This document shows, in pieces, positions 1-7,944 of a DNA stretch of 64,000 bases. Both the position numbers and the translations under genes were made by a program. The first letter of the stretch is position 1. The number at the start of each line of letters is the position of its first letter. The notes under the pieces are model-generated. The model saw nothing but the letters and a program-made list of their open reading frames with translations, was not told where the DNA came from and ran no database searches. Source of the DNA: Rickettsiales bacterium. Its GTDB lineage: Bacteria; Pseudomonadota; Alphaproteobacteria; Rickettsiales; UBA3002. Where the stretch lies: positions 102-64,101 of the forward strand of contig JBJXEM010000004.1 of assembly GCA_046154225.1 (NCBI GenBank), in the 5' to 3' direction.

Positions 1-152
1 GCCTTGCTCACATCGCGCATGCTGACGGCAACGACTTGCACGACCCGCCCGGCACGCGCTGAAATGAGCTCTGCATTACCCTGCAGCAATTGTAGCGTTC
101 CCTGCCCCACGGTGCCAAGGCCCGCAATACCAATGCGAAGAGTGCTGCTCAT
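1..152 (-). CDS. hom: homoserine dehydrogenase, N-terminal fragment (gene runs off the left edge)
   Basis: Reverse translation from the ATG (complement of 150-152) gives MSSTLRIGIAGLGTVGQGTLQLLQGNAELISARAGRVVQVVAV, a Hom-type GxGxxG N-terminus. It lies downstream of an aminotransferase, as in many alphaproteobacteria. It is absent from the ORF track because it is truncated. Confidence 0.7.
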   Translation of the reverse strand, partial: MSSTLRIGIAGLGTVGQGTLQLLQGNAELISARAGRVVQVVAVSMRDVSK

Positions 153-160
153 ATTTTATT

Positions 161-526
161 CTGTCATCCCGGTTTGCGCAGCAACACCGGGATCTAAAAT
201 AAGCTGGAATATAAATCGGCCCATGCAGAATTCATTTCTTTGATGGCGGTTATTTTTTTGGCGCGAGTCCATCGCTTGATTGATTTCTCGCGTCGGATTG
301 CCTGTTCAACTTCGTCGTGTATTTCATAATATACAAGTAGTTTCACGTGGTATTTTTTAGTGAATCCGTCTGCCATCCCGCGTTTATGTTGGTAAATCCT
401 GCCTATCAGATCGCTGGTGACCCCTACATAAAATACACCGTCTTTTTTTGAGGCGAGAATGTAGGTGTAGTAGGCCATCATGGCTCCCCAGATCCCGGCG
501 CTCACTACGTTCGGCCGGGATGACAG
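161..526 (-). mobile_element. GIY-YIG cassette 1: nuclease ORF between two hairpins with perfect 12-bp terminal inverted repeats
   Basis: The left end is CTGTCATCCCGG (161-172) and the right end is CCGGGATGACAG (515-526). Each end is part of a hairpin (161-194 and 491-526). The element fills almost the whole hom-aminotransferase spacer. Confidence 0.55.
194..481 (-). CDS. GIY-YIG nuclease family protein (UPF0213/COG2827-like)
   Basis: The ORF contains YYTYIL...GVFYVGVTSDL..R..QHK...FTKKY...LVYYE...AIRREK.IKRW, the GIY-YIG/URI domain signature. The start is taken at MMAYY, with GGGGAG upstream. Confidence 0.85.
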   Translation of the reverse strand: MMAYYTYILASKKDGVFYVGVTSDLIGRIYQHKRGMADGFTKKYHVKLLVYYEIHDEVEQAIRREKSIKRWTRAKKITAIKEMNSAWADLYSSLF

Positions 527-532
527 TGGTGG

Positions 533-1744
533 TTATTGGGCCTCGAGGAATTCTTTTTTCAGTTTCTCGGCATCCTTTGCCAAAAATGCTTTGATGTTGC
601 GCGCGGCCTGGCGCAGGCGTTGTTTGTTCTCCACGAGCGCGATGCGCACATGGGTGTCGCCATATTCGCCGAAACCGATGCCCGGGGCGACCGCGACCTC
701 GGCCTGGTCGAGCAGCAGCTTGCTGAACGCGAACGAGCCGAGTTCGGCGTATTGCGCCGGAAGTTTCGCCCAGATGAACATGCTGGCTTTGGGCGACTCC
801 ACCGGCCAGCCGGCGTCGCGCAGGCCCTTTACCAGCACGTCGCGGCGCTCTTTGTAAAGTTTACGCACGTCATCGACGCATTCCTGCGGGCCGTTGAGCG
901 CCGCTGTCGCCGCCACCTGAATGGGCGTGAACGTGCCGTAATCGAGGTAGGATTTAATACGCGTGAGCGCGTGAATGAGGGTTTTGTTGCCCGCCCCAAA
1001 GCCCACGCGCCAGCCCGCCATCGAATAGGTCTTTGATAATGTGGTAAACTCGATCGCGATGTCTTTCGCGCCGGGAATTTGCAGCACCGATGGCGGCGGG
1101 TTGCCGTCGAAATAAATTTCGCAATAGGCAAGGTCGGAAATGATGTAGACGCCGTATTGCTTGCACAGCGCCACGAGCTTTTCGTAGAAAGCAAGATCGA
1201 CCACTTCCGCCGTCGGGTTGCAGGGGTAATTGACAATGACGGCGACCGGCTGCGGCTGCACGTTTTTAATCGCGCGCTCGAGCTGTTCGAGGAAATTAGC
1301 GCCCTCGGTCATCGTTAAATATCGCACCGACGCGCCGGAGATAACGGGGCCGTACGCGTGAATGGGATAGCACGGATTCGGGGTGACGATGACATCGGCG
1401 GGGCCGGTGATGGCCTGCACTAAATTGGCAATGCCCTCTTTGCTGCCGATGGTCGAAATCACTTCCGTTTCCGGGTCGAGCGTGACACCGAAGCGACGTT
1501 TATAATAAGCGGCCTGCGCTTTGCGTAAACCCTGAATGCCGCGGCTGATGGAATAGCCGTGCGCGGTTTCATCGAGCGCGACGGAACGCAGTTTTTCGAC
1601 AATATGTTTCGGCGTTGGCGAATCGGGGTTGCCCATGCCAAGGTCGATAATGTCGCGGCCCGACGCGCGGTGCGCCGCCTTGATCTTGTTGACCTCGGCG
1701 AACACGTAAGGCGGCAGGCGTTGCAGGCGGTAAAATTCACTCAT
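533..1744 (-). CDS. class I/II PLP-dependent aminotransferase (aspartate/alanine aminotransferase-like)
   Basis: The 407-aa ORF contains LGMGNPD, NYPCNPT and the SKTYSMAGWRVG lysine motif. The start is taken at MSEFYRL, but the upstream M at 1756 is also possible. Confidence 0.85.
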   Translation of the reverse strand: MSEFYRLQRLPPYVFAEVNKIKAAHRASGRDIIDLGMGNPDSPTPKHIVEKLRSVALDETAHGYSISRGIQGLRKAQAAYYKRRFGVTLDPETEVISTIGSKEGIANLVQAITGPADVIVTPNPCYPIHAYGPVISGASVRYLTMTEGANFLEQLERAIKNVQPQPVAVIVNYPCNPTAEVVDLAFYEKLVALCKQYGVYIISDLAYCEIYFDGNPPPSVLQIPGAKDIAIEFTTLSKTYSMAGWRVGFGAGNKTLIHALTRIKSYLDYGTFTPIQVAATAALNGPQECVDDVRKLYKERRDVLVKGLRDAGWPVESPKASMFIWAKLPAQYAELGSFAFSKLLLDQAEVAVAPGIGFGEYGDTHVRIALVENKQRLRQAARNIKAFLAKDAEKLKKEFLEAQ

Positions 1745-1798
1745 GATGCGGCGCACTGTAACGGGGCCGCACGCCCTGTCAATCGGCGTCGCGCAGAA

Positions 1799-2770
1799 TC
1801 AACGCGTGTAGCGCGAGCTGGGCAGGAACCCCGCACCCGATGCGTAAGAACGCGACGGGTCGCCCGAAGCATTGGGGTTAAACCCACCGCCCGCAGGCAT
1901 CGCCCCCGACGGCGCATATTCCGGTGGCGCTTCGAATCGGCGAGGTGCCGCGGCCGCCGCTACCGGCGAACCCACGGGCGGGCGCAGTATAATTGGCTCG
2001 AGCCCAGCCACGCTGGGTGCGGGCGCGACTTGAATGGGTGGCGCAGCATTTGCCGGATTACCCGGCGCATATGCATAGCCACTGCCCACTGATGGTGGTG
2101 GCGGCGCAGGCATCAGTGGCACCGGCGCGATGAAGTTGTTGGAGACGGGGGCAGGTGCTGCAGTTGGTGGCGGCGAATAGGTGGGTTGCGAAGGCGCATT
2201 CCCGAGCGGCGCGAGCGGCACCGCAGGTGCAACGGGCACTGGCGTTGAACCCGGGTCCCTCAGCAGCGAGGGCTCGGCCGCCGCATCGGTCGCGAGCTGG
2301 CCATGTGCCGCTTGGGCTGCGGCCCGGTCGCGCTCGAGTTGTGCGCGCACCTGATTCAGTTGCGTTTCGGCGCTGGCATCTCCGTTCATGACGGGCCGTG
2401 GCGGAACATCGGTGAAAGCCGGGGCATTGCCCGCCACCTGCACCGAGCCGTTTTCAAGCGGCACCTGACGCGCCGCAATCACTTCGCTGGCACGGGCGCG
2501 GGTGGTGGCATCCACCGGGGGGAATGCGGGGTTGTCCGTAACCTGTACGAGTGCGGGCGGTGGCACTTCGGCCACGGCCACCTCGGGCAGGGGTGCCGCA
2601 TTTTGGCTTTCCTGCGGGTTGTTTTGCAACTGCTGTTGGTTCAGGGCAGGCACGTGGCGTTCGCCCTGCAGCGACGAGTAACGCGGGGCGCTGGGATTAT
2701 CGGGGATGAAATAGGTGCAGCCCGCAAGCGCGAGAACCGCGACGCAGCAGAAAACTGAGGAAAAACGCAT
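1799..2770 (-). CDS. Pro/Ala-rich lipoprotein, function unknown
   Basis: The N-terminus MRFSSVFCCVAVLALAGC has a lipobox. The rest is low-complexity and P/A-rich. Confidence 0.55.
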   Translation of the reverse strand: MRFSSVFCCVAVLALAGCTYFIPDNPSAPRYSSLQGERHVPALNQQQLQNNPQESQNAAPLPEVAVAEVPPPALVQVTDNPAFPPVDATTRARASEVIAARQVPLENGSVQVAGNAPAFTDVPPRPVMNGDASAETQLNQVRAQLERDRAAAQAAHGQLATDAAAEPSLLRDPGSTPVPVAPAVPLAPLGNAPSQPTYSPPPTAAPAPVSNNFIAPVPLMPAPPPPSVGSGYAYAPGNPANAAPPIQVAPAPSVAGLEPIILRPPVGSPVAAAAAPRRFEAPPEYAPSGAMPAGGGFNPNASGDPSRSYASGAGFLPSSRYTR

Positions 2771-2904
2771 GGCTTGCCTGATATTTTGATGTTGTTTTTA
2801 TTGATTGCGCTATGGCAATTTTTCTCACGCTATCGCCCACCGCGAAGTTTGTCCACGGGTTTTGTGATAGCATCCGCATTCAATTTACGCTAGATGCTGC
2901 GCCC

Positions 2905-4731
2905 ATGAAAAAACGCCCCGCATCTGCTAAAAAACAATCGTCCACTCCAGCCGCGGATGCCGAAGTCGATTCGCAGGCCTTCGCCGAGAATATGGGGCGC
3001 GCCGGAGAATTATGGCAACGCATTGTGCAAACCTCGCTCGCCCACCGCATGGCCAACCCACTCACGCTTGGCTCAACCGACCCGATGAGCCTGATGAGCT
3101 CGATGATGGATTCGGCGAAAAACCTGACGATGGACCCGAACGCTTTGGCCACCGCACAGCTGGGCTACGTGAACGACCATTTGAAATTATGGCAGTGGTG
3201 GACGGGCAAGCTGCTCGGCAAAAACACCGAGCCGTTTGTCGAATCCGCCACCCGCGATAAACGCTTCGCCGACAGCGCGTGGGTGAATTCGGCGTGGTTC
3301 GACCTTATTAAGCAGCAATATCTCGTGAACGCCCGCCACTTGCAGGCCATGGTCGGCCAAATCGACGGCATCGACGACCACACGAAGCGCAAACTCAATT
3401 TCTTCACCCGCCAATATGTCGACGCGCTGTCGCCCAGCAACTATGTGTTCACCAACCCCGAAGTGATGCGCGTGATGTTGGAGACCAACGGCGATAGCAT
3501 CGTGCAGGGCCTTACGCATTTACTGGGTGACCTGGAAAAAGGCGGCGGCGAACTGCGCATTTCCATGACCGACGAATCGGCCTTCGAGCTTGGCAAAAAC
3601 ATCGCCGCCACGCCCGGGCAGGTGATTTACGAAAATGAACTGATGCAACTGATTCAATACGCACCCGCGACCAAACAGGTGCATAAAATTCCGCTGCTAC
3701 TCACGCCTGCCTGGATCAACAAATACTATATTTTCGACCTCACCGCCGAGCGTTCGTTCATTCACTGGATGACGGAACAAGGCTTCACCGTGTTCGTGAT
3801 TTCATGGGTGAACCCCGACGAAAAACTCGGCCGTAAAAAGTTTGATGATTACTTGGCCGAAGGCCCACTCGCCGCGCTGGATGTCATCGAACGCATCACC
3901 GGCTCGAAGCAAACCGCTATGGTGGGCTATTGCCTCGGCGGCACACTCACCGCCATTACGCTGGCCTACCTGCGCGCCCATGGTGAGGAGCATCGTGTCG
4001 CATCGGCCACTTACCTCACCACACTGGTTGATTTCACCGAAGCGGGAGAATTGTCGATTTTCATCGACGATGGCCAGCTGGCCGCACTCGAAGAACGCAT
4101 GAGCGAAAAGGGGTTTTTGGAAGCCGCCGAAATGGGGGCCACCTTCAACATGCTGCGCGCTAACGACCTCATCTGGTCGTTCGTGGTGAACAATTATTTG
4201 CTGGGCAAACAGCCGTTCCCGTTCGATCTGCTGTACTGGAATTCCGACTCGACCCGTATGCCCGCCGCCATGCACAGCTTTTATTTGCGCAACATGTACC
4301 AGCGCAACGAACTCATCAAACCCGGCGGCATTACGCTGCTCGACACCCCTATCAACCTCAGCAAAATCAAAACGCCGACCTATATTCTGGCGACGCGCGA
4401 AGACCATATCGCGCCGTGGATGTCGACCTATGCCGCCACGCAAGTGTATGATGGCGAGGTGATGTTCACCCTCGCCGATTCGGGCCATGTGGCAGGCGTC
4501 GTCAACCCGCCCGCTAAAAAGAAATACGGCTATTGGGCCAGCACCCACCTGCCACCGAAACCGGAAGAGTGGTTTAAAAGCGTGAAGGAACATCCCGGCT
4601 CGTGGTGGCCGCACTGGGCTTTATGGCAAGCCAAAAAATGTGGGCCAATGGTCGCCGCCCGCAAACCCGGCAACGCCCGCTACAAACCCATTGAACCCGC
4701 CCCGGGTAGATACGCGAAGGTTAAAGGCTAA
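2905..4731 (+). CDS. phaC: class I poly(R)-hydroxyalkanoate synthase
   Basis: The protein has the lipase-box GYCLGGT and PhaC-like conserved blocks over about 600 aa. The start is placed at ATG 2905 (MKKRPASAKK). Confidence 0.9.
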   Translation: MKKRPASAKKQSSTPAADAEVDSQAFAENMGRAGELWQRIVQTSLAHRMANPLTLGSTDPMSLMSSMMDSAKNLTMDPNALATAQLGYVNDHLKLWQWWTGKLLGKNTEPFVESATRDKRFADSAWVNSAWFDLIKQQYLVNARHLQAMVGQIDGIDDHTKRKLNFFTRQYVDALSPSNYVFTNPEVMRVMLETNGDSIVQGLTHLLGDLEKGGGELRISMTDESAFELGKNIAATPGQVIYENELMQLIQYAPATKQVHKIPLLLTPAWINKYYIFDLTAERSFIHWMTEQGFTVFVISWVNPDEKLGRKKFDDYLAEGPLAALDVIERITGSKQTAMVGYCLGGTLTAITLAYLRAHGEEHRVASATYLTTLVDFTEAGELSIFIDDGQLAALEERMSEKGFLEAAEMGATFNMLRANDLIWSFVVNNYLLGKQPFPFDLLYWNSDSTRMPAAMHSFYLRNMYQRNELIKPGGITLLDTPINLSKIKTPTYILATREDHIAPWMSTYAATQVYDGEVMFTLADSGHVAGVVNPPAKKKYGYWASTHLPPKPEEWFKSVKEHPGSWWPHWALWQAKKCGPMVAARKPGNARYKPIEPAPGRYAKVKG

Positions 4732-4756
4732 GTTTCGCACGAGCCTCTAGGCGTAC

Positions 4757-4876
4757 GTCATCCCGAATTCATTTCGGGATCCATCAAAGCGCCGTCTGGC
4801 GCGGAACAACCTATTACAGCAATTATACCGTCGCTGATCGCGCCTTGGATGGATCCTGAAACAAGTTCAGGATGAC
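4757..4876. repeat. double-hairpin GTCAT...ATGAC element (E1), no gene
   Basis: The left hairpin is GTCATCCCGAATTCATTTCGGGATCC and the right hairpin is GGATCCTGAAACAAGTTCAGGATGAC. The ends are near-identical to the element at 13412-13526. Confidence 0.8.
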
Positions 4877-4892
4877 GCGGTGGCGAGATCAT

Positions 4893-4933
4893 ACGAAACA
4901 TCCCGCCCACACCGTAAGGTGCGAACGGGATGT
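4893..4933 (-). terminator. possible stem-loop terminator after the small membrane-protein gene
   Basis: ACATCCCG (4898-4905) pairs with CGGGATGT (4926-4933), with a nested CACC/GGTG stem. Only a short T run follows on the minus strand. Confidence 0.3.
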
Positions 4934-4944
4934 AACGGGTGTGA

Positions 4945-5262
4945 TCATTGGCTTAATTGCAAGACACCTATGATTACACCGATAACGAGAGTGATAAACA
5001 GCCCGTAGACTGCTCCAAAAAACGCTTGGTTTACAGGTGGGTCGTACGACCATCGATTCCGCATAAACCAAGTGATGGCTAGGGCCGCCATGTTTCCGAA
5101 GATTGCCCCGACCATCATGTTTTGACCCAAAAGAACGATTAGCCCTCCTATCAAAAAGGGCAGAATCATTCCACCCCACTGCCACCAAAGTTGTGCCCAT
5201 GTCAGCGGATATTTCCGCATCACATAGTCGACCCCTTCGACGCCAATCAAGTCATCGTTCAT
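4945..5262 (-). CDS. small multi-pass membrane protein, unknown function (low-GC orphan)
   Basis: The start ATG at 5262 is preceded by AAGGAGA. The protein has about 3 hydrophobic helices. GC is visibly lower than the surroundings. Confidence 0.55.
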   Translation of the reverse strand: MNDDLIGVEGVDYVMRKYPLTWAQLWWQWGGMILPFLIGGLIVLLGQNMMVGAIFGNMAALAITWFMRNRWSYDPPVNQAFFGAVYGLFITLVIGVIIGVLQLSQ

Positions 5263-5494
5263 CGTTTTTCTCCTTACCTTCTGGGCGAGATTGCCCACAA
5301 CACGACTTCGTAACGAAACATCCGAAGCCACATACTGTATGTCGCCCTTGGATTCATGGGTTCGAAAACACATGAAAAAAGGGCAGCAACGGCATCATTT
5401 TAACACACATAAGGGGGGGCAATATGAAGATTGGGTGACAAATGCACTTTAGGTGCGAGCTTTAGGCCTTACTCGTTAGCTTTGAACTTGTGCC

Positions 5495-5523
5495 TTGACA
5501 CCAGCCCGTACGCCCACTAGAAA
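5495..5523 (+). promoter_or_regulatory. candidate sigma70-type promoter for rplM-rpsI
   Basis: TTGACA (5495-5500), a 17-nt spacer, then TAGAAA (5518-5523), about 40 nt upstream of rplM. Confidence 0.3.
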
Positions 5524-5563
5524 GCCCAGCCTTATTGCAAAAAACTAACAAAAAGAGTGCGTA

Positions 5564-6025
5564 ATGAAAACGTTCTCGGCAAAGCCGAAAGACATTAAAA
5601 ACGAGTGGGTTATGATCGATGCCGAAGGTATCGTTCTGGGCCGCCTTGCGAGCTACGTAGCCAAAGTGCTGCGCGGCAAACACAAGCCCATGTTCACCCC
5701 TCACATGAACACGGGCGACCATGTCGTCATCGTCAACGCGGGCAAGGTGAAGCTCACCGGCCGTAAGCGTGGCAAGAAGGTGTATTACTACCACACCGGC
5801 TACGCGGGCGGCATTAAAGAGCGTTCGGCCGAGCATATTCTGTCGGGCGAACACCCCGAGCGCGTGCTGCACAAAGCGATCGAGCGCATGATGCCCAAAG
5901 ATTCGCCGCTCGCGCGCAGCCAAATGAAACAGCTGCATGTGTATAACGACGCCACCCACCCCCACGAAGCACAGAGCCCGAAAAAAGTGGACTTCGCTTC
6001 GTTCAACGAGAAAAACGCCCGCTAA
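5564..6025 (+). CDS. rplM: 50S ribosomal protein L13
   Basis: [28 protein letters not shown] is a canonical L13 sequence. Confidence 0.95.
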   Translation: MKTFSAKPKDIKNEWVMIDAEGIVLGRLASYVAKVLRGKHKPMFTPHMNTGDHVVIVNAGKVKLTGRKRGKKVYYYHTGYAGGIKERSAEHILSGEHPERVLHKAIERMMPKDSPLARSQMKQLHVYNDATHPHEAQSPKKVDFASFNEKNAR

Positions 6026-6031
6026 GGAATC

Positions 6032-6475
6032 ATGAACATGGCAAGCGCTGCTGATACCGCCGAAACCAAACAACCCAAACTCGACGCCAAAGGCCGCGCC
6101 TATGGCACTGGTCGCCGCAAAAACGCCATCGCCCGCGTGTGGCTGAAGCGTGGTTCGGGTAAAATCGAAATCAACGGCCGCGGCTTCGAGACCTATTTCG
6201 CACGCCCCGTGCTGCGCATGATCGTGAACCAGCCCTTCATCGATCTCGACATTCAAAACAAGTTCGACATCATGGTGACCGTAGTTGGCGGTGGCCTTTC
6301 CGGCCAAGCAGGCGCAGTGCGCCATGGCCTCAGCCGTGCACTTGATTTGTATGATCCCTCGTTCCGCCCGCAATTGCGCAAAGGCGGCTACCTCACCCGC
6401 GACAGCCGCGTGGTCGAGCGTAAGAAATACGGCAAAGCCAAAGCCCGCCGCAGCTTCCAGTTCAGCAAGCGCTAG
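6032..6475 (+). CDS. rpsI: 30S ribosomal protein S9
   Basis: The sequence contains [14 protein letters not shown] and ends ...[11 protein letters not shown], a canonical S9 C-terminus. Confidence 0.95.
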   Translation: MNMASAADTAETKQPKLDAKGRAYGTGRRKNAIARVWLKRGSGKIEINGRGFETYFARPVLRMIVNQPFIDLDIQNKFDIMVTVVGGGLSGQAGAVRHGLSRALDLYDPSFRPQLRKGGYLTRDSRVVERKKYGKAKARRSFQFSKR

Positions 6476-6483
6476 TATTGGTT

Positions 6484-6566
6484 GCTTCGCGAGATCGCCT
6501 GCTGGCGATCGCTACGCGAAGCTGTGCTGGCTCATGGCTGGCTTGCCCTGCTCGCTCACGCATCAC
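6484..6566. repeat. GC-rich dispersed repeat (family R3, copy a)
   Basis: The core GGCTCATGGCTGGCT.G.CCTGCT.GC..C.CGCAT..CAC recurs at 61101-61139. A hairpin at 6484-6522 precedes it. Confidence 0.55.
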
Positions 6567-6570
6567 AAAA

Positions 6571-6605
6571 CCTCGGAAATGCGAGAGCGCTTCCGGGGTT
6601 TTTTG
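6571..6605 (+). terminator. rho-independent terminator after rpsI
   Basis: CCTCGGAA (6571-6578) pairs with TTCCGGGG (6591-6598), followed by TTTTTT. Confidence 0.55.
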
Positions 6606-6630
6606 TGGGCAAGCTGCTCCCAAAAACTCC

Positions 6631-6774
6631 GTCATTGCGAGGCATGAACAAACCATTCACTTGCACAAACAGTGAAAACCCAAAGCAATCCATCGGCAAC
6701 ACGGCGTTGCAGATGGATTGCTTCGGCTTTTCAATCTTGATTGGGCGGATAGCCTGTTCATGCCTCGCAATGAC
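6631..6774. repeat. double-ended GTCAT...ATGAC element (E6), no gene
   Basis: GTCATTGCGAGGCATGAACA at the left is inverted as TGTTCATGCCTCGCAATGAC at the right. There is an internal hairpin AAGCAATCCATC...GATGGATTGCTT. Confidence 0.75.
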
Positions 6775-6827
6775 GACGCTTGTGTAGAAATGTTAGCCAA
6801 TCACCAAGGATAGCGATAAGAGGAATT

Positions 6828-7871
6828 ATGACCCAATCCATCTCCACCGTCATCCTAGGCGCATCGGGCTATACCGGTGCGGAATTGTTGCGGCTGCTGC
6901 GTGGGCACCCGGCGTTTAATATCGTGGCGCTGACGGGCGACAGCCAAGCGGGAAAACCCATCGAGCACGTCTATCCACATTTGCGCGGACAGAATTTGCC
7001 AACCCTCGTGAAGCACACGGAAGTCGACTTTACCGATGTGCAACTCGTGTTCTGCTGCCTGCCGCATGGCACTACGCAGGAGATTATCGCGGGCCTGCCT
7101 GCACATGTGCGCATTGTCGACCTGTCAGCCGATTTCCGGCTGCACGATGTGGCCGAATACGCCGCATGGTATGGCCACGAACACCGCGCGCCCCAGCTTC
7201 AGAATGACGCGGTGTACGGGCTTACTGAATTGAACAGAGAACGGATCAAGGCGTCACGCCTTGTGGCGAACCCTGGCTGTTACCCGACCAGCGTGCTGTT
7301 GCCCTTGGTACCGCTTACGCACGCCAAACTCATTGATCCCACCTGCTTGTTTATTGACTCACAATCCGGCGTCTCAGGCGCGGGCCGTAGCGTGAAGCAG
7401 GAGCTGTTATTCACCGAGCTCGAAGGCGGCGTTTCGGCCTACGGCATCGGCCACCACCGACACATGGCCGAGATGGAACAGGAGTTACGCGCCGCCAGCG
7501 GCGTGGCCGACCTCACCGTGTCGTTTACACCGCATTTGGTGCCCATCACCCGCGGCATGCTCAGCACGATTCATGTACGCCTTAGCGAAGGCGTGAGCGC
7601 CGACGATGCCCGCGCGCACCTGACACAACGCTTCGCGAACGAACCGTTTGTCACTGTCCTCACCACCGGTGCGGCCAGCACCCATCAGGTACGTGGCACC
7701 AACCAATGCGTAATGTCGGCGCATGTCGGGCGCACTGCGCGCGAACTGATACTCGTCTCGGTCATCGACAATCTCGTGAAGGGAGCATCCGGCCAAGCCC
7801 TGCAAAATGCGAATCTGATGTTCGGCTTACCCGAGACCACGAACCTCGAACTCACCGCGATTTTTCCGTGA
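6828..7871 (+). CDS. argC: N-acetyl-gamma-glutamyl-phosphate reductase
   Basis: The sequence contains ILGASGYTGAELLRLL and VANPGCYPT (active-site Cys). ATG 6828 is preceded by AAGAGGA. Confidence 0.9.
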   Translation: MTQSISTVILGASGYTGAELLRLLRGHPAFNIVALTGDSQAGKPIEHVYPHLRGQNLPTLVKHTEVDFTDVQLVFCCLPHGTTQEIIAGLPAHVRIVDLSADFRLHDVAEYAAWYGHEHRAPQLQNDAVYGLTELNRERIKASRLVANPGCYPTSVLLPLVPLTHAKLIDPTCLFIDSQSGVSGAGRSVKQELLFTELEGGVSAYGIGHHRHMAEMEQELRAASGVADLTVSFTPHLVPITRGMLSTIHVRLSEGVSADDARAHLTQRFANEPFVTVLTTGAASTHQVRGTNQCVMSAHVGRTARELILVSVIDNLVKGASGQALQNANLMFGLPETTNLELTAIFP

Positions 7872-7944
7872 GTGGTGAGTCGTGAGTTGTGAGTGGTGAA
7901 GAAATGCGATAATCACTACACACCACACACAACGCACCACTCAC
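7868..7944. repeat. inverted heptanucleotide arrays (H1, unit GTGAGTN)
   Basis: GTGAGTG GTGAGTC GTGAGTT GTGAGTG GTGAAGA faces CACTACA CACCACA CACAACG CACCACT CAC. The outer 10 bp are perfectly complementary and 25 of 31 positions pair overall. The array overlaps the argC stop and abuts the next ATG. Confidence 0.85.

Noticed and set aside
4-857. ORF-track entries 4-243 (+) and 480-857 (+), and similar short ORFs, overlap hom, the GIY-YIG cassette and the aminotransferase.
   Set aside because: They overlap better-supported minus-strand genes or read through hairpin repeats. They have no motifs and a low-complexity Arg/Ser/Ala composition.
2804-2819. The inverted repeat ATTGC-N6-GCAAT upstream of phaC could be a possible PhaR operator.
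   Set aside because: The half-sites are only 5 bp in an AT-rich spacer, and I cannot tie the motif to a defined PhaR consensus from memory. No phaR or phasin gene is adjacent to support it.
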